From Thermoanaerobaculia bacterium (GTDB lineage: Bacteria > Acidobacteriota > Thermoanaerobaculia > UBA5066), in NCBI GenBank assembly GCA_038245905.1, contig JBBRRY010000042.1:1-24511 (forward strand): DNA of 24,511 bases, in the 5' to 3' direction. A program made the position numbers and the translations under genes. Positions 8,390 through 16,487 of the stretch are shown here, one piece after another. Every line of letters begins with the position of its first letter. Positions within the stretch are counted from its first letter, which is position 1. Under the pieces are notes generated by a model, which had not been told where the DNA came from, did no database searches, and worked only from the letters and a program-made list of their open reading frames with translations.

Positions 8390-10195
8390 CTATGGGGTCT
8401 TCACTGCGGCAGATACGGCAGCCCGGGCTGCCGTCGCGGCGGCCACTTCCGCCTCTTCCGTGGCCCGCTTCTCCTCCCACGCCTGCTTCCAGCCGTTCCG
8501 TTCGGCCGTGCGGAGGTTCGTCGTTCCGTCGGGGTTCAGCGTTCCGTTCTTGATCAGGATCTGCCGGTACGCCTCAGGCATACCCAGAAGGCCCTTTTCC
8601 GAGTCCGGAACGAAGTGGATGTTCGCGGTCACAGGGGCGTTGTCCTTGTAGACCTCTCGCTCGGCATAGACAACGTAGTTGATCTTCACGTCGCGCGAGG
8701 CTTCAACCACGATCCCGTTCTCTCCCTCCTCGATCACGGCCACGGAGGCCAATCTCCCAAGCGGCGACACGATCGCCGAATACGAGTCGGGACGGGAAAC
8801 CATACGGAAGTGCTCGGGGATTTCGATGGTCGTCACGCCCTTGGGCACGTTGATCGAGCCGCGGAAGTAGATCTCGGCGGCCGGCCCCTCGAGTGAAACG
8901 TAGCGGATCTCCTTGGTTGAATCGGTCGGATGCGGCTGCACGAAGGACTTGATCGAACCGGAGATCGTTCCGGACGCGAACATGTTGCCGTTGGCATAAA
9001 CGCCGTAGTCTCCATAGCCAAGGAGCCCGAGAGACCGAAAAGCACCCGCCGACGTAAAACACTCTCCTCTAACTCCAACGTTTTCGCTGAGGCCTTCCAC
9101 GGCGATCTGGCTCTTGCTGAGGCCGTAGACCCCCGCACGCAAGTTGTTCGTTCCGACCGGAAGAGCCGTGGCGAGGTCCTGACCGACCACCCCGGCGGCC
9201 GTGAGGGACGTTGAGGCGGTCGATCCGATCACCCCGTACAGGACTCCGCTGGTACCCGTGGACACGCCCCAGACGCCATACTGGGCGCCGGTGATGTAGG
9301 CTCCGTGCCGGCCGCCCGTGGCGAACAGCCCGTCCCCGGTCGTGCTCTGGGCCCAGACGCCGTTCCAGGCGGTGCTTTCGCCCCTCATGCCGAGACCCGT
9401 GCTCGAGATGCCGAAGACGCCGGTCCCGGAACTTGAGACGCCATACGCCCCAGTGCCGGCTGAAGAATTCCCATAAGTCCCGTAAGTCGTGCCTGATCCG
9501 AGGACACCGTATCCCGTCGTCCCGTTGGCAACGCCAAACACGCCGACACCGGTCCCCGCCGCGGTGGATTGACCCACGATTGCGTACAGGCCCGGCGTCG
9601 AGATCGTGAACGTCGTGGCCGTGGGCTGCGTCGCAGCGTAGTAGCCGTTCACGTCGAAGAACAGATCCACCGCACCGGAACCTTCGTTCACGACGGTGAT
9701 CTGGCCCGCGCTGCCGCCAGTCCCGAGCGGAAGGACCGCCGCGTTCGCGAGCGCGAGGACGCCCGGGCCCCAGTTCAGCGTCGACACCGCCGACACCGTC
9801 CCGCCCGTCGGGTAGATCTTGAAGTCCCCGTACGAGACCGTGTTCCACACCGCGAAGTTGAACGACACGGCCACGGCCGACGCCGGGATCCCGCACTGCC
9901 CCGCGACCGTGAACGCGCGCGACGCGCCTCCCCCGATGTTCGGCGGGCCGTACGCGCCCGTGAAGCCGTTGCCGCGCGTGTCCGCGACGCGGCACGGCGT
10001 CACCGGGATGAACGGCAGCGGTGGGTTGCCCGTGACGATGAGGGGTGACCGGCCCGAGGACGCCGAAGCGGCGGTCGACGGCGCCGACCAGGTGGAGGGA
10101 GCCGACCAGTTCTTGATTCCGGTGCCCGCGATGGCGGGCAGGGCCACGACAACGGCGAGCGCTGTGGAAAGGGCGATTCCGAGGACGCGTTTCAT
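8390..10195 (-). CDS. Secreted Gly-rich fibre/adhesin-like protein, paralog A (601 aa)
   Basis: SD AGGAGGAGG then ATG at 10195 (MKRVLGIALSTALAVVVALPAIA). Same three-part architecture as paralog B. The 840-aa ORF call is over-extended into the upstream GT2. Confidence 0.8.
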   Translation of the reverse strand: MKRVLGIALSTALAVVVALPAIAGTGIKNWSAPSTWSAPSTAASASSGRSPLIVTGNPPLPFIPVTPCRVADTRGNGFTGAYGPPNIGGGASRAFTVAGQCGIPASAVAVSFNFAVWNTVSYGDFKIYPTGGTVSAVSTLNWGPGVLALANAAVLPLGTGGSAGQITVVNEGSGAVDLFFDVNGYYAATQPTATTFTISTPGLYAIVGQSTAAGTGVGVFGVANGTTGYGVLGSGTTYGTYGNSSAGTGAYGVSSSGTGVFGISSTGLGMRGESTAWNGVWAQSTTGDGLFATGGRHGAYITGAQYGVWGVSTGTSGVLYGVIGSTASTSLTAAGVVGQDLATALPVGTNNLRAGVYGLSKSQIAVEGLSENVGVRGECFTSAGAFRSLGLLGYGDYGVYANGNMFASGTISGSIKSFVQPHPTDSTKEIRYVSLEGPAAEIYFRGSINVPKGVTTIEIPEHFRMVSRPDSYSAIVSPLGRLASVAVIEEGENGIVVEASRDVKINYVVYAEREVYKDNAPVTANIHFVPDSEKGLLGMPEAYRQILIKNGTLNPDGTTNLRTAERNGWKQAWEEKRATEEAEVAAATAARAAVSAAVKTP

Positions 10196-10259
10196 GAATC
10201 CTCCTCCTGTTGTGAGTCTTGGTACAAGCGCGATACAGATGCGTTTCTTGGTGTGGGAC

Positions 10260-10288
10260 AAGCTATGCCTTGCCGAAGTCGATTGCAA
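10260..10288 (-). promoter_or_regulatory. Sigma70-type promoter of fibre gene A
   Basis: Minus strand TTGCAA-17 nt-TAGCTT. Confidence 0.6.
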
Positions 10289-10368
10289 GGCCGGAAGTGG
10301 TTCCTGCGCGACACTCTCTGGCGCCGGAGCGACAAAGGCCGACTTCGCGGCCTCCCGCGGCACCGGAG

Positions 10369-11244
10369 TCAGGCGGCTCGCAGCCTCTTCCGCAAGCCTC
10401 TGAATGCTCCCCCGAGGCCGCGAGTCCAGAACCTCGCCGGGTTCCGCCGCAGGAACTCCAGGATCGCGGGCGGATACGCCCGCCACGGCACGGGGTGCGG
10501 CTCCGTCGCCTGGCTGCGGCCGTCCGTGAGGTGATCCCACTTCGCGACGCACCACCAGAGCGACACGGTGCCCGTGCGCCGCTTCACGAGATCCATGATC
10601 TCTTCCAACGCGCGCGTCCAGCCCGCGACGGTCTTCGCGTCGGCGTGCATCCGGCAGCCCGCGAGGTCGCGGTCGAGGAACTTCGTGCGCGAGGCCGGGT
10701 ACTTCGCCGCGATGCGCAGCCAGTAGTCGTAGTCCATCGTGTGGTGCAGCGAAGTGTCGAAGGGACCGATCTCGTCCCACACGCTTCTTCTGAAGAAAGC
10801 CGCGGGCTGGGCGATGAAGCAGGCATCGGCAAGGTGCTCGATCGCGTCGGGGCGCACGAGATACGGTGAGATCTCGGCTCCGACTTCGTTGAGATAGCTC
10901 GCGCGCCCCCACACGAAGACGAGAGCGGGGTCGGCCGCGAAGGCCTCGCCGACGGCGGCGAGCGCGCCGGGGCGGAGCACGTCGTCGCTGTTGAGATACC
11001 CGAGGACGTCACCCGTCGCGCCGAGGAGTCCCTTGTTGATCGCGTCGGCCTGGCCGGCATCCTTGACGGACACGAACGGCACGCGCCCGTCGTACGAGCG
11101 CAACACCGTCAGCGTCCCGTCCGTCGATCCTCCGTCCTGCACCCGGTAGTCGAGATACGGATAGTTCTGCTCGAGGACGCTCTCGATCGTCGCTCGAATG
11201 AACTTCCCCTGGTTCAGGGAGGGGGTGACCAGTGAGATCTTCAT
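10369..11244 (-). CDS. Glycosyltransferase family 2
   Basis: MKISLVTPSLNQG...DGGSTDGT...GYLNSDD...MDYDYWLR. ATGA overlap with the upstream stop. Confidence 0.93.
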   Translation of the reverse strand: MKISLVTPSLNQGKFIRATIESVLEQNYPYLDYRVQDGGSTDGTLTVLRSYDGRVPFVSVKDAGQADAINKGLLGATGDVLGYLNSDDVLRPGALAAVGEAFAADPALVFVWGRASYLNEVGAEISPYLVRPDAIEHLADACFIAQPAAFFRRSVWDEIGPFDTSLHHTMDYDYWLRIAAKYPASRTKFLDRDLAGCRMHADAKTVAGWTRALEEIMDLVKRRTGTVSLWWCVAKWDHLTDGRSQATEPHPVPWRAYPPAILEFLRRNPARFWTRGLGGAFRGLRKRLRAA

Positions 11245-12098
11245 TGCGAGAAGAGGAATCGGATTCTGAGAAAGTTCAGGAGCAGGAATCCGGTCCTCAT
11301 GGCGAGAGATAGAGGCCACATCAGCTTCGGCCCGTGCCTCCTCCAGATTTCCGCGTGCGCCGAGAGCGAGAGGTTGTGCTTGTCGTCGGCCATCCAGCCC
11401 GCGTACTGCCGCGCGGTCGGAGCGCCGGCGATCCGGGCGTCGTAATCGCCCACCTCGTGGAACAGGCGCGCTGCGGGCGCGACGAGGACGGGAATTCCCG
11501 CCCGTTTCGCGCGCAGCGAGAAGTCGAGATCTCCCCACGCCATCGGGAACCGCGCGGCGTCCGGCAGGCCGATACGGTCGAAGACCGCGCACGGCACGCA
11601 CGTCCCCATCCCGAAGAGCCAGTCCGCGGGGTACGGCTTCACGGGCAGGTCCGCCACGGGCGCGCCATGACGCAAGACGCGAATCCCCCGACCCCACCAC
11701 TCCACCGACCCGCCCGCCGACCAGACGCGGCCGGGCTCCTGCGCGTACATCACGGCGCTGCCGACGAGCGCTCCGGGATTCCCTTCGACGGCTTCGCCGA
11801 GCCTCGCGAAGTAGTCCTTCGCGCACGTCACATCCTGGTTGAAGAAGAGAACCGCTTCTTCTCCGAGGGAGCGCGCTCGTTCGATCCCGAGCACGATCGC
11901 GCCCGTCCACCAGACCGGCGCCGCGGTGCGGATCACATCCACGCCGGGGAACTCGCGGGCCAGGGCGCCTCCCCCGGCGGAGCCTTCGTCGTCGATGAAC
12001 ACGATGCGCTCCACGCCAGCCTCCCTCAGCGAGGCGATCGCCCGCCGCGACGCCTCGACCCGCTCGAAGGCGGGAATGAGAACGGCCGGCGGCCTCAG
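11241..12098 (-). CDS. Glycosyltransferase family 2 (rhamnosyltransferase-like), probable CTG start
   Basis: The frame stays open upstream of 12014 and reads (M)RPPAVLIPAFERVE...IVFIDD. FFNQD and WGDLDFSLRA motifs. CTG overlaps the gmd TGA. Confidence 0.85.
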   Translation of the reverse strand: MRPPAVLIPAFERVEASRRAIASLREAGVERIVFIDDEGSAGGGALAREFPGVDVIRTAAPVWWTGAIVLGIERARSLGEEAVLFFNQDVTCAKDYFARLGEAVEGNPGALVGSAVMYAQEPGRVWSAGGSVEWWGRGIRVLRHGAPVADLPVKPYPADWLFGMGTCVPCAVFDRIGLPDAARFPMAWGDLDFSLRAKRAGIPVLVAPAARLFHEVGDYDARIAGAPTARQYAGWMADDKHNLSLSAHAEIWRRHGPKLMWPLSLAMRTGFLLLNFLRIRFLFSQ

Positions 12099-13093
12099 GC
12101 CGCGGCCCCCCGCCCGTCGAGCTCGGCCAGTTCGGCGTTCACCATGATCTTGACCAGCTCCTCGAACCCCGTCTTCGGGATCCAGCCCAGCTCGCCACGC
12201 GCCTTCGAGGCGTCGCCGCGCGTTTCCGTGATGTCGACAGGGCGCGCGTAAGTCGGGTCGAGCACGACGTGCTTCCTATAGTCGAGGCCGACGATCCGGA
12301 ACGCGGCCTCGCAGAAGTCGCCGACCGAGTGCGAGACACCCGAAGCGAGGACGTAGTCACCCGCCTTCGCGGCCGAGGCGATGAGGCGCATGCCCTCCAC
12401 GATGTCCGGGGAATAGCTCCAGTCGCGCTTCGGCGTCAGCGTGCCGAGGTGCAGCTCTTTCTGCCGCCCGCGCGCGATGGAAGCGGCTCCGCGGGCGATC
12501 TTCCGCGTGACGTAGTTCTCGCCGCGGCGCGGGCTCTCGTGGTTGAAGAGGATGCCGGCGCACGCGAAGAGCCCGTAGGCGTTCCGGTAAATGCGCACGA
12601 GGTTCAGCGCATAGACCTTCGCCGCCGCGTACGGGTTGATCGGGTTCATGGGCGTCTTTTCGGTCTGGGGCGACTCCTTCGCCTCGCCGAAGATCTCGCT
12701 CGTGGCCGCGAGGAAAAAGCGGCAGTCCGGCACCACGTGGCGCATCGACTCGAGGAGCCGCAGCGTGCCGAGGCCCGTCGAGTCAGCCGTGTACTCCGGA
12801 AGGTCGAACGAGATCTTGACGTGGCTTTGTCCCGCGAGGTGGTAGATCACGTCCGGCTTGACGTTCCTGAGCACCGACACGAGGCTGCTCGTATCCGACA
12901 GGTCGGCGTAATGCAGCATCAGCCGGGACACGGCCCGTGCCTGAACGAGAGCCGGCACGGAATCCAGCCGCGTGCGCTGCAGAAGGCTCGACTGCCGGAC
13001 GAGTCCATGCACCTCATCCCCACCCGCGAGGTGAGATTCGGCCAGATAGGAACCGTCCTGACCGGTAATGCCCGAGATCAGGATGCGCGCCAT
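12095..13093 (-). CDS. gmd: GDP-mannose 4,6-dehydratase
   Basis: MARILISGITGQDGSYLAE, HLAGQSHVKISF, YAAAK, GILFNHESPRRGENYVTRKI. Confidence 0.95.
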   Translation of the reverse strand: MARILISGITGQDGSYLAESHLAGGDEVHGLVRQSSLLQRTRLDSVPALVQARAVSRLMLHYADLSDTSSLVSVLRNVKPDVIYHLAGQSHVKISFDLPEYTADSTGLGTLRLLESMRHVVPDCRFFLAATSEIFGEAKESPQTEKTPMNPINPYAAAKVYALNLVRIYRNAYGLFACAGILFNHESPRRGENYVTRKIARGAASIARGRQKELHLGTLTPKRDWSYSPDIVEGMRLIASAAKAGDYVLASGVSHSVGDFCEAAFRIVGLDYRKHVVLDPTYARPVDITETRGDASKARGELGWIPKTGFEELVKIMVNAELAELDGRGAAA

Positions 13094-13121
13094 GAGAGAC
13101 AGTTTGTGGGAAAGTAGGAGG

Positions 13122-14318
13122 ATGTCAAAGGGGCGGAGCCTGCGGGTCTTCGTCGATCTCGCTCCCCTGTCGCCGGATGGCGGAAATGGCGGAGCGCGCC
13201 TCTTCACGCTCGACCTCCTCGCCGCGCTTCTCGGCCGGGCCGACGCTCACGAGATCAACCTCCTCGTCAAGCCGGAAGCCGAGGCGGTCGTCGCGCCGCT
13301 CCTCGCGAAGGGCGCCATTCTCCGGCGCCTCGGTCCCGGGCTCGACGTCGAAGAACCCCGGCGCCTCCTGCGCACGCGCCGCAGGCTCCACGGCTTTTTC
13401 CAGCCTCTCCTCGATCTCGCCGCCCCCGACCGCTCGTCGCTGAGAAGGCTGGGCGCCGACGTCCTCTTCAGCCCGCTCGGCACCGCGGCGTTCCACGAGC
13501 CCGGGCTTCCGCACGTCGTCGTCGCGTACGACTTTCAGGACCTCGTCTATCCGGAGTTCTTCGATCCCGACGAGCGCCGCCGCCGCATCGGATTCCGGGG
13601 CGACCTAAGGCGCGCCGACCGCGTCGTCGCGATCTCCGAGGCCACGAAGGCGATGGCCATCGAGCGCGTGCACGTGAAGACCGAGCGGATCACGGTTCTG
13701 CCGCCCGTCGCGGGCCCGCTGCGCGGCGCGCTCGACCCTCGCGAGGTGCTGAATCGCCTCGACGCCCTCGACCTCTTCCGCGCGAACTTCGCGGCCTATC
13801 CCGCGAACTTCTGGCCGCACAAGAATCACGAGCGCCTTCTCGCGGCGGCGGCGCGCATCGTGCGCGAGGACCCGGAGTTCCGGCTCGTCCTCTGCGGCGC
13901 CCTCGACGAGAACCGCGAGAAGCTGCGCGGCCGCATCGAAGCCCTGGATCTCGGCGCGAACGTCCGCCTCCTGCCCTATCTCGACGACGCGGACACGACC
14001 GCCCTCCTCCAAGGTGCCGAATATCTCGTCTTCCCGTCTCTCTTCGAGGGCTTCGGCCTTCCGGTTCTCGAGGCCATGGCGCTCCGTACGCCCGTCGCGT
14101 GCTCCGACCTTCCCTCATTGCTCGAGGTCGCGCGCGAAGCGGCGCTCTTCTTCGACCCGGAGGACGTGCCCGGAATGGCCGCGACCATGTCGCGCCTCGG
14201 GAAGGAAGAAGAGACCCGTGCCGCGCTCGTCCGAAAGGGGCTCAAGCGCGCGGAGGCCTATGCCGGAATCGACGTGGCGGGCGGGTACCACGAGCTGCTG
14301 GGCTCGACCCGGGAGTGA
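13122..14318 (+). CDS. Glycosyltransferase family 4 (GT-B)
   Basis: YPANFWPHKNH and FPSLFEGFGLPVLEAMA motifs. Exact start uncertain. Confidence 0.9.
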   Translation: MSKGRSLRVFVDLAPLSPDGGNGGARLFTLDLLAALLGRADAHEINLLVKPEAEAVVAPLLAKGAILRRLGPGLDVEEPRRLLRTRRRLHGFFQPLLDLAAPDRSSLRRLGADVLFSPLGTAAFHEPGLPHVVVAYDFQDLVYPEFFDPDERRRRIGFRGDLRRADRVVAISEATKAMAIERVHVKTERITVLPPVAGPLRGALDPREVLNRLDALDLFRANFAAYPANFWPHKNHERLLAAAARIVREDPEFRLVLCGALDENREKLRGRIEALDLGANVRLLPYLDDADTTALLQGAEYLVFPSLFEGFGLPVLEAMALRTPVACSDLPSLLEVAREAALFFDPEDVPGMAATMSRLGKEEETRAALVRKGLKRAEAYAGIDVAGGYHELLGSTRE

Positions 14319-14324
14319 AGTTGC

Positions 14325-14738
14325 TCAGGGAACCGACGGATCGACGAGTACCAGCTCTGGAAAGTACGACCGGAAGAAGCCGCGATCGCGCGACAACAAC
14401 CTGTCCGCCGAATCGAGCGCATGCGCCGCGATCAGGAAGTCGGCGATCATGCGCTCCTTTCGGGAGCCCTTGCGCGCTCGATAGGTGCGCCAGGCGCGCC
14501 CGGCGCGTTCCGCGGCGGCGGTCGAGACCGGCTCGAACTCCAGACCCAGGCGGGACAGGATGGGGCCGCAAGGCTGGTCGTCGCCGAAAGTCGCGCTCAC
14601 TTCCGCCCACACGATGTCGCAGGCGAGAAGAGGCCCCTGGGCATAGGCGCTCTTGATGGCAATCCGCGAGGCCTCACCGAATTTCTCGTCCCCGGAAAGC
14701 ACGTCCAGGAGGACGGACGAATCGACCGCGGTTCTCAC
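14325..14738 (-). CDS. vapC: PIN-domain VapC-type toxin
   Basis: (M)RTAVDSSVLLD...WAEV...ADFLIAAHA...LLSRDRGF. GTGA overlap with the antitoxin stop. Confidence 0.9.
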   Translation of the reverse strand: MRTAVDSSVLLDVLSGDEKFGEASRIAIKSAYAQGPLLACDIVWAEVSATFGDDQPCGPILSRLGLEFEPVSTAAAERAGRAWRTYRARKGSRKERMIADFLIAAHALDSADRLLSRDRGFFRSYFPELVLVDPSVP

Positions 14739-14971
14739 CGGCGCCCCGGCCGCGGCCCTCTCATCTCGTCGAGGGTTGCGTCGACACTCTTCGGCAGTCG
14801 AAGAATTCCGAAGACCTCGTCCACCGGATGCCGGCCCCGGGCTCCCTTGCGCAACACCACACACTCCCGCCGAAGCTCGAAGACCACGGGCGTGCCCGCA
14901 GAGAGGCCAAGCCGATGCCGCACCGCCGCAGGAACGGTGATCTGACCCTTGGAGGAAATCGTGCTCTTCAT
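14735..14971 (-). CDS. AbrB/MazE/SpoVT-family antitoxin
   Basis: MKSTISSKGQITVPAAVRHRLGL, 78 aa, directly upstream of the PIN gene. Confidence 0.9.
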   Translation of the reverse strand: MKSTISSKGQITVPAAVRHRLGLSAGTPVVFELRRECVVLRKGARGRHPVDEVFGILRLPKSVDATLDEMRGPRPGRR

Positions 14972-14972
14972 A

Positions 14973-15007
14973 AAGTAAAGGCTTATCCTCTTTACTTGAA
15001 TTGTCAA
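14973..15007 (-). promoter_or_regulatory. TA promoter with inverted-repeat operator
   Basis: TTGACA at 15007-15002. AAGTAAAG-N9-CTTTACTT at 14973-14997. Confidence 0.7.
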
Positions 15008-15051
15008 GCGTTCGCGGGCGCTGCGCCTCGACTGGCCGCTTCAGCCAGGCT

Positions 15052-15099
15052 TTTCAGACCGGGAATCCTCTCGAATTCTCGAACGTTGTTCGTGACGAA
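15052..15099 (-). pseudogene. C-terminal remnant of a VapC toxin
   Basis: Reads FVTNNVREFERIPGLK, the typical VapC C-terminal motif, with no start or body. Confidence 0.75.
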
Positions 15100-15100
15100 C

Positions 15101-15289
15101 TCAGAGCCGCGGGGGTACGTCGGCTAAAACGTCGCCGATCGTGTCGGGAAAGTCCTCCGGCAAGTGGAAGGCCGTCAGCGCCCGATAGAGATCGCCGGCG
15201 GTGCGAGATCTCTTTCGGAGCACGATTTCGCTTCGTCGTCCCGATGCCGCATTACCCCTCTTGCGGTGAACCTTGCGCGTCCTCTTCAT
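15101..15289 (-). CDS. 62-aa small ORF, probable orphan or degenerate antitoxin
   Basis: MKRTRKVHRK...LPEDFPDTIGDVLADVPPRL. CAGCCT 6 nt before the ATG. Immediately followed by the VapC tail. Confidence 0.45.
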   Translation of the reverse strand: MKRTRKVHRKRGNAASGRRSEIVLRKRSRTAGDLYRALTAFHLPEDFPDTIGDVLADVPPRL

Positions 15290-15331
15290 CAGATGAGGCT
15301 GATCCGTTAAGCCAGGCTTTTCAAGCGCTAC

Positions 15332-15360
15332 TTGAAGCGACGCCCTTCCCGAACTAGTCT
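15332..15360 (+). promoter_or_regulatory. Sigma70-type promoter of the orphan AbrB gene
   Basis: TTGAAG-17 nt-TAGTCT, same layout as 16210-16238. Confidence 0.55.
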
Positions 15361-15377
15361 TGCGTCGAGAGCAAGGA

Positions 15378-15608
15378 ATGCGAACCAGAATGAGCCGGCT
15401 TTCCCGCAAGGGACAGATCACGACCCCGCGCGGCGTGCGCGCTGCGCTGCACCTCGAGCCCGGCGATCTGGTCGCCTGCGAGGTAGAGGGCGACAAGGCG
15501 ATCCTCCGCCGCGCCGAGCCGCTCGACGCGCCCTACTACAAGACGGTCTCGAAAACGCTCGGAGAGTGGAACTCCGCTGATGACGACAAGGCGTTTCGCG
15601 ATCTCTGA
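15378..15608 (+). CDS. Orphan AbrB/MazE-family antitoxin, paralog of 16257-16487
   Basis: MRTRMSRLSRKGQITTPRGVRAALHLEPGDLV...DDDKAFRDL, 76 aa, collinear with the downstream copy. Confidence 0.85.
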   Translation: MRTRMSRLSRKGQITTPRGVRAALHLEPGDLVACEVEGDKAILRRAEPLDAPYYKTVSKTLGEWNSADDDKAFRDL

Positions 15609-15613
15609 GACGT

Positions 15614-15631
15614 TGAAGTCCTACCTCGTGT
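15614..15631 (+). pseudogene. 18-bp tail remnant of a deleted PemK/MazF toxin
   Basis: TGAAGTCCTACCTCGTGT, identical to 16787-16804. Confidence 0.75.
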
Positions 15632-15652
15632 CGCGCAAGTTCGAGGTCGTGC

Positions 15653-16141
15653 TCAAAACAGCACGATCTCGTCGCCAGGCTTGAAGTCGGGTTTCAGATC
15701 CCAGTAAGACGTGTCGTCTTTCCAGATGCGCTTCGAGCCCAGCTTGTCGAGACGCGTCTTCAAAGCCGCGAGCTCGCCCGCGAAGAAGCCGTCACGGTCG
15801 AATAGAAGCCGGCCGTCGTCGAGCATGTCGAGGAACAACGGGCTTCCCCGCCGCACCTCGCGAGGCGTCTTGAAAATCGCCGACAGCCTGTGCGCAGAGT
15901 CAGCCGGCTTCCCGGAGACGACCGATTTCTCGACCGCGTCGAATTCCCGTACGCGCGGGATCCGTCCGTCCGGAAGCGGATCGGCCACGACGAGAATGTC
16001 GATGTCCGAGTCGGGCCTCGGCGTTCCCCGGCCCACCGATCCGAAGACGACGAGAGAGACGAGGCGGTCGCCATAAAACCCCTGGCACACGCCCAGCAGC
16101 CGCTCCAGCAAGCGCTCGATCTCGGGAATGCGGGCTACCAT
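15653..16141 (-). CDS. Minimal nucleotidyltransferase (MNT, Pol-beta superfamily), probable type VII antitoxin without a HEPN partner
   Basis: VVFGSVGRGTPRPDSDIDILVV motif. ATG at 16141 preceded by GATAAT at 6 nt. Confidence 0.85.
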   Translation of the reverse strand: MVARIPEIERLLERLLGVCQGFYGDRLVSLVVFGSVGRGTPRPDSDIDILVVADPLPDGRIPRVREFDAVEKSVVSGKPADSAHRLSAIFKTPREVRRGSPLFLDMLDDGRLLFDRDGFFAGELAALKTRLDKLGSKRIWKDDTSYWDLKPDFKPGDEIVLF

Positions 16142-16209
16142 GGTTCGATTATCCTCTGAGGGCCGCAAACAACTGCCGCCAGGGTGGTCCCCAGCCGCTT
16201 CAGGGAGCC

Positions 16210-16249
16210 TTGACACCTCGTCTTTGCAAAGCTAGTCTTTACGTAAAGA
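16210..16249 (+). promoter_or_regulatory. TA promoter with two palindromic operators
   Basis: TTGACA-17 nt-TAGTCT. Palindromes CTTTGCAAAG (16222-16231) and TCTTTACGTAAAGA (16236-16249). Confidence 0.8.
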
Positions 16250-16256
16250 GTAAAGA

Positions 16257-16487
16257 ATGAAGCCCAGGACGAGCCGGCTCTCCAGCAAAGGTCAGGTCAC
16301 GATTCCGCACGCCGTCCGTGCGGCCCTGCACCTCGAACCGGGCGACTTGGTCGCCTACGAAGTGAAAGACGACAAGGCGATTCTGCGGCGGGCAGAGCCT
16401 TTCGATGCCGCCTACCACTCCGCTGTTTCCGAGACACTCGAGGAGTGGGGTTCCATCGACGACGACAGGGCCTTTCGTGATCTGTGA
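16257..16487 (+). CDS. AbrB/MazE-family antitoxin
   Basis: MKPRTSRLSSKGQVTIPHAVRAALHL, acidic C-terminus, overlaps the toxin start. Confidence 0.9.
   Translation: MKPRTSRLSSKGQVTIPHAVRAALHLEPGDLVAYEVKDDKAILRRAEPFDAAYHSAVSETLEEWGSIDDDRAFRDL

Noticed and set aside
4025-10195. Prophage, tailocin or diversity-generating retroelement explanation for the fibre paralogs
   Set aside because: The proteins have Sec signal peptides. There are no phage structural genes, no reverse transcriptase and no adenine-specific TR/VR pair visible in the window.
10196-11910. Long N-terminal extensions of the 840-aa and 513-aa ORF calls, which look like fusions
   Set aside because: They overlap upstream GT2 genes in other frames. 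The SD, signal peptide and ATGA overlap mark the true starts at 10195 and 11244.
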